NCBI GenBank assembly: GCA_044070495.1
Contig: JBIPSI010000051.1
Coordinates: 1-22,629 of the forward strand
DNA from: Spirulina sp.
GTDB taxonomy: Bacteria > Cyanobacteriota > Cyanobacteriia > Phormidesmidales > Phormidesmidaceae
Reading direction: 5' to 3'
DNA length: 22,629 bases
In this document: positions 1-6,957 of the stretch, in pieces
How positions within the stretch are numbered: the first letter of the stretch is position 1
Layout: every line of letters begins with the position of its first letter
Notes under the pieces: model-generated
What the model was told of the DNA's origin: nothing
Database searches by the model: none
The model's input: only the letters and a program-made list of their open reading frames with translations
Program-made: the position numbers and the translations under genes

Positions 1-13
1 AGGAGGTATAGGG

Positions 14-238
14 ATGCAGTGTCCTGAATGCGGTGGCACCCATATCCGTAAGAATGGGAAAAAGCAGGGTAAGCAAAATCACATTTGCGTGGCCTGTGGC
101 CGTCAGTTCATCGACCGATACGAACCCCATCGGGGCTATCCTAACGACGTCAAACGCGATTGCCTTCGTCAGTACGTCAATGGGTCTGGCTTCCGGGCCA
201 TCGAGCGCACGACCGGGGTGCATCACACTACTATCATC
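14..238 (+). pseudogene. IS1-family transposase N-terminal part (InsA-like zinc ribbon + HTH), truncated by an IS4-family element
   Basis: CPECGG...CVACGRQF zinc ribbon and GFRAIERTTGVHHTTII helix-turn-helix typical of cyanobacterial IS1. The frame runs into the IS4 inverted repeat at 238. No catalytic InsB part is present in the window. Confidence 0.85.
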
Positions 239-1553
239 CTGACTGCCTGACACATCTTTATGCGGCCTCCCAAGGGGGTAGCTGACACCGCACGGCCTGG
301 ATTCTAGAGAACCAGATGCGGTCATAATATTGGGCTTCCGCTTGTTTAGAGGCAAAACAGGGTTCAGGGTCAACGGTGAATAGGGGGATGGGTGTGAGCC
401 GTGGACGGCCTTTGTTGACCGCCCCCTTGAGCCATCGAAGGCCGATTTTGAGATAGCTAATACCCCGAATCCAATGGGGGTCAACCTGAGAGCGGAGGGC
501 ATCGCCTTGAACGGCCATGCCCTGGGTGGTGCCATAGAGGATGGCAACAGCCGCGACCAGGTAAAGACGCTCAAGGGCTTGGGCGGAGCGGATGCCGGAG
601 GCTTCGAGGTCAAAGACCCCCGATTTTGAATCCAAGAAAAGTTCCTCGACTCGGAACCGCAGGGCGTACTGCCAGAGGGTATTGAGGGACGGTGGTTCAT
701 CGGTAATGACGGCCCAAGGTTCCTTGACCCCTTTGACGTTGGCCAGAACGAGGTTGCAGCGCCAGCGCCCATCTGCCCACAAGCCAATGCCCTCATAGCA
801 TCGGGCTTCCCCCTTGGGGGGCCAAAGCGTGCCGACCTCAACCGGAAAACGACGGGGGCCATGCACCATGACGTCACTGGGCAAGCGTAAACCGTAATGC
901 CAGCGACTTTGGCTCAGCCACGCCAGCAGGTCATGGTTGGCAAACCCTCGGTCGGCTAACAGCATCCCGTCGGGGTACGACCGCAACAGCCGATGGGCCA
1001 ACCGCAGCATCGGCAAATACCGCTCTGTGCTGACGGTGGCACTCGAATGCTCCAAAACTCGCCACAGCAGGGGCACCGCCCGCCCACAACAGGTCACCGA
1101 TAGGTGAATCATGCAATACCGATTCCACAGCACCGTTGTATCGAGGGCTAGGTAGAGTCGCCGTCCCTTCCACCGATGGATAGCGGCCAAGACCAGGGGC
1201 ACGTACAGACTTTTGACCCGCACCCGACGATTGCTCATAAACCGCTGCCACCGTCGTTCGGTGCTTTGCGCTTGGCGGGCGCGACTGGGCCACATAGGCT
1301 TCCCACTCCGGCAGGCTCAACCGACCGCTGCACACCAGCGCCGTCACCATCCAGGCCAGCGCTTTGAGGTGCCGTAAATCCCGACGATGGCTATATTGAC
1401 GCAGCAATGACAGCACTTGATCATAGAGACAGGTGGTGGATGACATGGCAAAGACCCTGAGATACGCAAATTCCAGCGTCTCATGTCACCTCACCTTTTC
1501 CCCTCCCACCACGAGGTTTCAAGCCTTTCACCCACTTCTGTCAGGCAGTCAGG
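238..1553 (-). mobile_element. IS4-family insertion sequence (~1.3 kb) with perfect 15-bp terminal inverted repeats
   Basis: CCTGACTGCCTGACA at 238-252 and its exact reverse complement TGTCAGGCAGTCAGG at 1539-1553 enclose a DDE transposase. CTGA(C) ends resemble IS10/IS50, so the true ends may be 239 and 1552. The flanks are not duplicated. Confidence 0.9.
258..1446 (-). pseudogene. IS4-family DDE transposase, frameshifted near 1290
   Basis: N-terminus MSSTTCLYDQ...EWEAYV (frame of ORF 931..1446) continues as PSRARQAQSTERRW (frame of ORF 258..1295). An extra G in tat-gtg-g-ccc-agt explains the shift. DDE motifs ALDTT and ADRGF and the YREK signature YALRFRVEELFLDSK are present. Confidence 0.85.
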
Positions 1554-1582
1554 TGGTGGGCAGTGCCCACCCTACTTGCTAG
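1553..1582 (-). repeat. Inter-cassette repeat copy A (REP half only, cut by the IS); perfect GTAG-type REP
   Basis: GTGGTGGGCAGTGCCCACCCTACTTGCTAG. Minus strand reads GTAG-GGTGGGCA-C-TGCCCACC. It matches the right halves of copies B-D and overlaps the hicB stop codon. Confidence 0.85.
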
Positions 1583-1797
1583 GCGACTTGTAGAGTTCTG
1601 GGGACTGGGATAGGTTCTCCTTCGGCTTGCCATGCTTCTAGGTACATTTCGATAACTTCCTCTCCGTTGCGGATGGCTTCCTCGCGGGTTTTACCGTGGG
1701 TGCAGGGCATGATGACGAGTTCGGCGAATTCTGGAATGGTAACGAGAAAAAGCTGATCCTCATCTGACCATTGGACAATCATGCTGTATCGGTTCAT
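1579..1797 (-). CDS. hicB: HicB-family antitoxin
   Basis: YSMIVQWSDEDQLFLVTIPEF...CTHGKTREEAIRNGEEVIE is the HicB pattern. It overlaps hicA by 4 bp (ATGA). Confidence 0.9.
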   Translation of the reverse strand: MNRYSMIVQWSDEDQLFLVTIPEFAELVIMPCTHGKTREEAIRNGEEVIEMYLEAWQAEGEPIPVPRTLQVA

Positions 1798-2018
1798 GGG
1801 TTTTCCTCTTTTCTCAGGGTTTCTAGTTCGACGAGTAGGGTTGTGAGTTGTTTTTCGAGATAAAGGGGTACGTCGTCGCCATCTTTGCCAGGTATAGTTA
1901 GCGTTTTGCCGATGAGTGGGTGTCGCCAGCGTTCGTGGCTTCCTTTGCCTCGTTTGGGTAGGTAGACAAATCCTTCACGAGAAATCTGGGCTTTGAATTC
2001 TCGGATTTTTCTAGGCAT
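1794..2018 (-). CDS. hicA: HicA-family toxin (mRNA interferase)
   Basis: 74 aa basic protein with GF...RGKGSHERWRHP motif, directly upstream of hicB. Confidence 0.9.
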   Translation of the reverse strand: MPRKIREFKAQISREGFVYLPKRGKGSHERWRHPLIGKTLTIPGKDGDDVPLYLEKQLTTLLVELETLRKEENP

Positions 2019-2078
2019 GGAGGGTTTTTCTTAGAATTGAAGGATGAGGATAGATTATCTCGAGTCTAGTGGCTTGCG

Positions 2079-2151
2079 CTATGCCGTTGTAGAAAAGGGG
2101 CTGGTGATGGGATGTGGGTGGCGTGGTGGGCAGTGCCTACCTTACTTATAG
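2079..2151 (-). repeat. Inter-cassette repeat copy B
   Basis: CTATGCCGTTGTAGAAAAGGGGCTGGTGATGGGATG core (2079-2114) followed by GTGGTGGGCAGTGCCTACCTTACTT. It lies between the PIN stop codon and the hicA start. Confidence 0.9.
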
Positions 2152-2156
2152 AAAAT

Positions 2157-2543
2157 TCAGTCCCAAATGCGTTCAATTGGATAGGCGTCAAAGGCGGTAT
2201 CTACGCTGACGATGGTGAGAGCATGGCTGATTGACTGGGCGATTATGATGCGATCAAAGGGATCGCGGTGGTGTAGTGGCAGTTGGCTAAGTTTGATTGT
2301 ATCTTTAATTGAGATAGGTAGTAGTTGAAATCTGGTTGCATTGAATTTTGTTTCGATGTCGTTGAAGTCGGTGGCGAGGGCTAGTTTGCCTAGGGATAGT
2401 TTAATGGAGATTTCCCAGAAGCTTGCGATGCTAACGAATACATTATCGGTCTGTTCGATGCGATCTCGAAGGGGCATTGGTAGCATCGGATCGTCTTCGG
2501 AGAGCCAGATAAATGCGTGAGTGTCTAGCAAAAGAGAACTCAT
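2157..2543 (-). CDS. vapC: PIN-domain (VapC-type) toxin
   Basis: LLLDTHAFIW, SIASFWEISIK, HHRDPFDRIIIAQ and VSVDTAFDAY are PIN motifs. Confidence 0.92.
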   Translation of the reverse strand: MSSLLLDTHAFIWLSEDDPMLPMPLRDRIEQTDNVFVSIASFWEISIKLSLGKLALATDFNDIETKFNATRFQLLPISIKDTIKLSQLPLHHRDPFDRIIIAQSISHALTIVSVDTAFDAYPIERIWD

Positions 2544-2776
2544 TACATATAATCCTTAAAGTCTTCTAGTGGCTCGTTGAAGTCGTCTGGAAGGGGTAAG
2601 ACGAAGGTTCCTTTCATGGAGCCTGCTAGCGGTTGTTTTTGTGGAAGAGAAGCTGCTGCTTCTGGGCTGGGATTAGCGTATTGGCTAGCGAGAAACTCTG
2701 TATACAGAAAAACAGCTTGCTTGACGGAATCAGGCAGTTTTTCAATGTTCTTCAAAATTGCAGATTCTAGTGTCAT
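2543..2776 (-). CDS. DUF2281-type antitoxin (VapB-like)
   Basis: MTLESAILKNIEKLPDSVKQAVFLYTEFL...AGSMKGTFVLPLPDDFNEPLEDFKDYM. Its stop overlaps the PIN start (TAATG). ATG at 2776 is preferred to the TTG inside the repeat. Confidence 0.82.
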   Translation of the reverse strand: MTLESAILKNIEKLPDSVKQAVFLYTEFLASQYANPSPEAAASLPQKQPLAGSMKGTFVLPLPDDFNEPLEDFKDYM

Positions 2777-2816
2777 TAGTGAACCACCTATAGTTACTGA
2801 TGCCGTTACTCCTGAC

Positions 2817-2913
2817 TTTAGACTCTTTGCCAATAATTTCTATGCTGTTGTAGAAAACGGGCTGGTGATGGGATGTGGGCGGTGTGGTGGGCAGTGATTA
2901 CCCTGCTTGCTAG
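2817..2913 (-). repeat. Inter-cassette repeat copy C
   Basis: TTTAGACTCTTTGCCAATAATTTCTATGCTGTTGTAGAAAACGGGCTGGTGATGGGATG...GTGGTGGGCAGTGATTACCCTGCTTGCTAG. The core has 2 mismatches to copies B and D. It ends in the same CTTGCTAG as copy A. Confidence 0.9.
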
Positions 2914-2921
2914 TTTTCGGC

Positions 2922-3554
2922 CTATGTTTTCTTGTTAGAGATAGCAGTAAAAAGCTGAATTAAGCTCAGCAGATTAATGTCTCGCCAGTTGATAGCAACG
3001 GTGCTTTGCATGGTCAATTCACCTTGCTGAAGATCAAGGTTAAGGGCTGAGCCATCTTGGATGTTATGAAAGAGAGCATCGACTAAACGAAGTTGAGCTT
3101 TAGGAAGCATGTAATACACCAAATCGCCCTCTAGTCTGACACCTTCGGGTAGAGTTTGGCCGGGGATATAGCCACCAAGAAAGGTACTCCATCCGGAGAT
3201 AAGGATGCGATACATAAATGAAGAGGATTCAACTTGGGGCTTTTGGAGAAGGCGAAGCTGCCCTTCAACTAAATCGCCTTTGATACAGATTTTTTCAGGA
3301 ATGAAGTGAATTTTGGCTTTAATTTGGTTTTGCTCGATAGTGGCCAGCAACCCCTGTTGAGGATCTGGTTCTAGAGCAGTAAGTTGATCTACTCGCTGGA
3401 TGGTCTTTTGGCAAAGTAGCTCAACCGTTTTTGCTTTAAGCGTCAGGGCATGGGCAGGGGCATCGATAACGATGTAATCCTCCACCTGCTTCTGGAGCAG
3501 TTTGCCAGAGTTTTTGGCTGCGTTGCTGAGTTGATCAAAGAGTTTCATCGGCAT
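2922..3554 (-). CDS. Hypothetical protein (210 aa)
   Basis: Long open frame co-oriented with its neighbours, ending just before repeat C. No family recognised. Confidence 0.7.
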   Translation of the reverse strand: MPMKLFDQLSNAAKNSGKLLQKQVEDYIVIDAPAHALTLKAKTVELLCQKTIQRVDQLTALEPDPQQGLLATIEQNQIKAKIHFIPEKICIKGDLVEGQLRLLQKPQVESSSFMYRILISGWSTFLGGYIPGQTLPEGVRLEGDLVYYMLPKAQLRLVDALFHNIQDGSALNLDLQQGELTMQSTVAINWRDINLLSLIQLFTAISNKKT

Positions 3555-3641
3555 TTATCATCCACAATATGAATAGATTAAGACTTCTAACAGAATCACC
3601 CAACTTAGAAAACAGGCTTTCTCGTCTACTAAATCAGAATT

Positions 3642-4001
3642 TCAACGAATCAGATCTTGGTATAGATGTGCCGCTATTTCTTGATAAACTTCTGTGATTT
3701 TAATGGGATCAGTCAATCGAAAAAGATTTAAGATAGTTTGATTGAAAATGGGATCTTCATCAATTGCAAGAACTATTTCTAATTCTCCTGAAACTCTGAG
3801 TACATATAAAGAGGAATCATATTCACCTAGATCTAGAACGTGGGGAATACAATATAATAATTCCTGAAGATCATTGAAATCACTATCTGAAACAAGACTT
3901 GCAAAATCATTAATTTCACTGATAATTTCGTCTTTTCTGTCCTGGCTTAGGCGACGAAGATCCTGCTCAAAGGCTGCGGTTGACTCAATCAGGATATCCA
4001 T
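3642..4001 (-). CDS. Hypothetical protein, possible RelE/ParE-like fold
   Basis: ILIESTAAFEQDLRRL start and SSLYVLRVSGELEIVLAIDED resemble the RelE/ParE pattern, but the protein is acidic and has no adjacent antitoxin. Confidence 0.55.
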   Translation of the reverse strand: MDILIESTAAFEQDLRRLSQDRKDEIISEINDFASLVSDSDFNDLQELLYCIPHVLDLGEYDSSLYVLRVSGELEIVLAIDEDPIFNQTILNLFRLTDPIKITEVYQEIAAHLYQDLIR

Positions 4002-4059
4002 GGCAATCCAAGATACTAGACACCTAACTTTAGGGATAAGCAGCCGCTACTTGTTACGT

Positions 4060-5223
4060 TTAATTATAGTCTATCACCTGAGATAGAGAACTCGCTATGT
4101 AATAGCTTAGCTTTACGGGGACTGCGTTACCAATTTGCCGCATGGATTCTGTCCAGGCTCCGGTAATCCTGTAATGATCAGGAAAGGTTTGGAGGCGTTT
4201 GGCTTCAAGGGTTGTGAAATAGCGTATCTTGCCGTCTTGATAGCGAATCATATTTTCTCCGCCAGGAACGCCATGATCTCCGGCTTTGAGGGTTTTGGAT
4301 GGCATATCGATATAGCTTCCGGTGTGGCCTGGGTAGGCTCTAGCTCCTTCTCTCAGGATATGTTCAGCATCAAAACTGCCTTCAAGGTCGGGTTCTGGAA
4401 GATCGCTAAGTTGATCTCGGACAGTTTGCCACGGTTTTAGGGGAGGTGCAAATAGAGCGGGCTGTTGAGTAAGTTGCTGAATGCGTTGTTGAGTTTTTGT
4501 ATCTAAGTACTCGATACTTGAGGGCTTAATACCATGTTTCTCCCAATAGTCGCCGCTGACAAATTGTGACCATAGCAGAGAGTCTAGCGAGTGGGACTCT
4601 TTTGGAAAAGACCAAGCAACATTTAGATCTTCTCTGATGCCGACGATAAAGACCCGTTCACGACGTTGGGGAATTCCGTAGTTGGCGGCATCTAGAAGAC
4701 GAAAAATAACGTTATATTTTACTCCGCTATACTTTCCTGATGTGTGGATTTTTTCTAGCCTGATGAGGTGATCTTGCCAGGATTCTGATTCTTTGCAAGA
4801 AACTTCAGGGTATGTCAGTCTTAGAAGGATGTATTCAAAATAGTTGTTAAAGGATTTTCGGAGAAGTCCTTTAACGTTTTCAAAAATGAAGGCTTTAGGT
4901 GTACAAATGCTAATTGCTTTGCAGGCATAGGGAAACATATCACGTTGGTCGGTGTTCCCGCTGTGCTTTCCACCAATAGAAAAAGGTTGGCAGGGTGGGC
5001 CACCGGAGATGATATCGATATGACCAAACTGATTAAAATCAAAGGATCTAATATCTAAATTATGAATCAGTTGGCTGGGATAGTTTTTAGATAGCGTTTG
5101 ACAGGCATTTTTATTAATTTCAACTAGGGCTTTGTGCTGAATGCCAGCCATTTCTAAGCCCTTAGCGAGTCCTCCGGCTCCTGCAAATAATTCTAGACAA
5201 GATAGCTTAGACATTTTCTTCAC
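4060..5223 (-). CDS. DNA (cytosine-5) methyltransferase of a type II R-M system
   Basis: Motif I LELFAGAGG, IV GGPPCQPFS, VI FIFENVKG, VIII PQRRERVFIVG, IX EAKRLQTFP and X QIGNAVPV. It overlaps the end of the endonuclease gene. The start may be the ATG at 5214. Confidence 0.96.
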   Translation of the reverse strand: MKKMSKLSCLELFAGAGGLAKGLEMAGIQHKALVEINKNACQTLSKNYPSQLIHNLDIRSFDFNQFGHIDIISGGPPCQPFSIGGKHSGNTDQRDMFPYACKAISICTPKAFIFENVKGLLRKSFNNYFEYILLRLTYPEVSCKESESWQDHLIRLEKIHTSGKYSGVKYNVIFRLLDAANYGIPQRRERVFIVGIREDLNVAWSFPKESHSLDSLLWSQFVSGDYWEKHGIKPSSIEYLDTKTQQRIQQLTQQPALFAPPLKPWQTVRDQLSDLPEPDLEGSFDAEHILREGARAYPGHTGSYIDMPSKTLKAGDHGVPGGENMIRYQDGKIRYFTTLEAKRLQTFPDHYRITGAWTESMRQIGNAVPVKLSYYIASSLSQVIDYN

Positions 5224-5851
5224 TGTTCAATCTAGACATGAAAGTTTCAATGCTTTTGAGCAAGTCTTCTCGGTTGGCATGAATGCCTTGGCACTTTTCT
5301 GCCCAAGGACGGCCAGGGTGACAAACATCCCAGTCTGATTTGGCTTGTTCGTATCGACCTTTGCCGGGGTCATGATTACCAAAGCCGTCAATTAGAGTGT
5401 TCCAGATGGGTTGGTAGGTTCTAATGAGGGCGGCTTCTACGGTGCCGATTAGGTCGCTTTCTTTGCCTTCGAGGATCATGAAGCGGCAGAAGAAATCTTC
5501 CTTACCTAGATCTTGAGCCTGATCGATGCTGCGGCTATGTTCGTTAAGGCGGCTGTTTAGCTCGAAGCTACGAGTTTCGGATGAGGTTTGTCTAGCTTGT
5601 CGCCAGCCTTTGGGGACGGCTTTTCCGACATAGATGGGGATATGAAAGGCGGTTCTATTAATGGTATGAAATCTAGAATAGATGCCAGATTTAGCGATGC
5701 AGTATAGGGCATAAATTCCTGTGCCATGAAAGCGTTCTGGAACAGGGAGAGGATAGACGGGAGTGCCGTTGAAGAAGCGGATGGTATCTTTTATGATTTC
5801 ATCGAAGTCTGAAGAAGTATAGACGTGCTGAGAACGGTCAAATAGATTCAT
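5207..5851 (-). CDS. Eco29kI-family (GIY-YIG) type II restriction endonuclease
   Basis: GIYALY...PIYVGKAVP, RLNEH, VEAALI...PIWNTLIDGFGNHDPGKGR motifs as in Eco29kI/Cfr42I. 214 aa, adjacent to a C5 methyltransferase. Confidence 0.9.
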   Translation of the reverse strand: MNLFDRSQHVYTSSDFDEIIKDTIRFFNGTPVYPLPVPERFHGTGIYALYCIAKSGIYSRFHTINRTAFHIPIYVGKAVPKGWRQARQTSSETRSFELNSRLNEHSRSIDQAQDLGKEDFFCRFMILEGKESDLIGTVEAALIRTYQPIWNTLIDGFGNHDPGKGRYEQAKSDWDVCHPGRPWAEKCQGIHANREDLLKSIETFMSRLNSEENV

Positions 5852-5860
5852 AGATTAGGG

Positions 5861-5954
5861 TTTAGCGCTTTGCCAATAATTTCTATGCCGTTGTAGAAAA
5901 GGGGCTGGTGATGGGATGCGGATGGCATGGTAGACAGCGACCGCCCTGATTACT
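5861..5954 (-). repeat. Inter-cassette repeat copy D
   Basis: TTTAGCGCTTTGCCAATAATTT followed by a 36-bp core identical to copy B (5883-5918) and a degenerate REP half ATGGTAGACAGCGACCGCCCTGATTACT. It fills almost the whole gap between the GIY-YIG stop and the endonuclease start. Confidence 0.9.
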
Positions 5955-5962
5955 TTGGATTA

Positions 5963-6775
5963 TTAGTTAAAATTTCCTAGCTGGAGTAGTGTTTCAGAAA
6001 AACTTGAGCGCTCACAATTTGTAAACCCTAAACACAGGTAACTTTTCTTGAATTCAGAGAATCCTGGCATATCGTTAAGGACTACATAATCGCTTTTGAA
6101 GATTCTTGAATTTCCTCCATAAACTATAAAGACTGGATCATAGAGGCCGTTTTCTTCATAGCCATAAGGTATAAAGCAACTGATTAGAATATAAATTCTT
6201 TCTCGCCTGTATTTTTCTAGAATTGATAGGTCGTAGTCCTGTGCATTTTCGTAATCCTCAAAAATCCCAGAGGCAATCAAGAAAATTGGTCTTGAATCAC
6301 TAACTGCCTTCGTTATCATAGTCAACTTGCCTGTGTTTACTCCTAATTCATCACCGTTTTCAGCATCAAAGTGAGCACAGTAACCAGATTCTTTTACATT
6401 ATGAATTTGAACATATACTGGGCCGTGTACAGTTTTAGGGTTAGGATCGCAAGGCACAGATGTATTGTTAATGGGTGGATTGTAGAAGTCTATAGCCTGT
6501 TTCTCAAGCCTTTTCAGGGATTGATCAACATCTTGAATTTTCTCTACCATTTTTGGTGGCAATGTTCTAAAACGAATCTCTACATCGCTAATAGACTCAA
6601 ACTGACTCTTTCGATGGTGATTGATATGTCTTGCCTTTAAATTTCTTGAGAGGCCAACATACATTACAGGCTCGTTTAAGTTGCCAACAAAGTAGATTCC
6701 AGGTAAAGATGGTAAGCCTTGACGTTGGCTATAAGAAAGGCAGGACATCTGCTTCCAGTGAAGATTTAGTTTCAT
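5963..6775 (-). CDS. GIY-YIG nuclease-domain protein with unrecognised C-terminal domain
   Basis: LPSLPGIYFV...MYVGLSRNLKARH...LEKQAIDFYNPPIN. ATG at 6775 is preceded by a GAGGT Shine-Dalgarno sequence. Confidence 0.85.
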   Translation of the reverse strand: MKLNLHWKQMSCLSYSQRQGLPSLPGIYFVGNLNEPVMYVGLSRNLKARHINHHRKSQFESISDVEIRFRTLPPKMVEKIQDVDQSLKRLEKQAIDFYNPPINNTSVPCDPNPKTVHGPVYVQIHNVKESGYCAHFDAENGDELGVNTGKLTMITKAVSDSRPIFLIASGIFEDYENAQDYDLSILEKYRRERIYILISCFIPYGYEENGLYDPVFIVYGGNSRIFKSDYVVLNDMPGFSEFKKSYLCLGFTNCERSSFSETLLQLGNFN

Positions 6776-6957
6776 CGACTTACCTCTGGCAGGTTGCGTT
6801 TTGCTAGATAAGGTATCTAGAAGGCACCTCAAAAAATACAAGCCTTATTGAGAATAAAAATGAGATCCCAATGGTTTTGGATTCCAAAAATTCGCAATAA
6901 GATAATTGATTGAGGTGCCCTAGACGTTATCGAGCCTGGTTATTTCCGTTACCAACT

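Noticed and set aside
1285..1295. Programmed frameshift in the IS4 transposase
   Set aside because: There is no slippery heptamer. IS4-family transposases are single ORFs, so a one-base insertion or sequencing error is more likely.
5868..5915. Repeat as a duplicated coding fragment (minus frame SHHQPLFYNGIEIIGK)
   Set aside because: It has no start or Shine-Dalgarno sequence and matches no protein in the window. It cannot be fully excluded without a database search.
1553..5954. CRISPR array interpretation of the 36-bp conserved repeat core
   Set aside because: The intervals are 0.5-3 kb and contain whole genes rather than 30-45 bp spacers. No cas genes are present.
2079..5954. Classical integron attC sites
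   Set aside because: There is no RYYYAAC/GTTRRRY pair bounding a single extended hairpin, and no IntI gene in the window.
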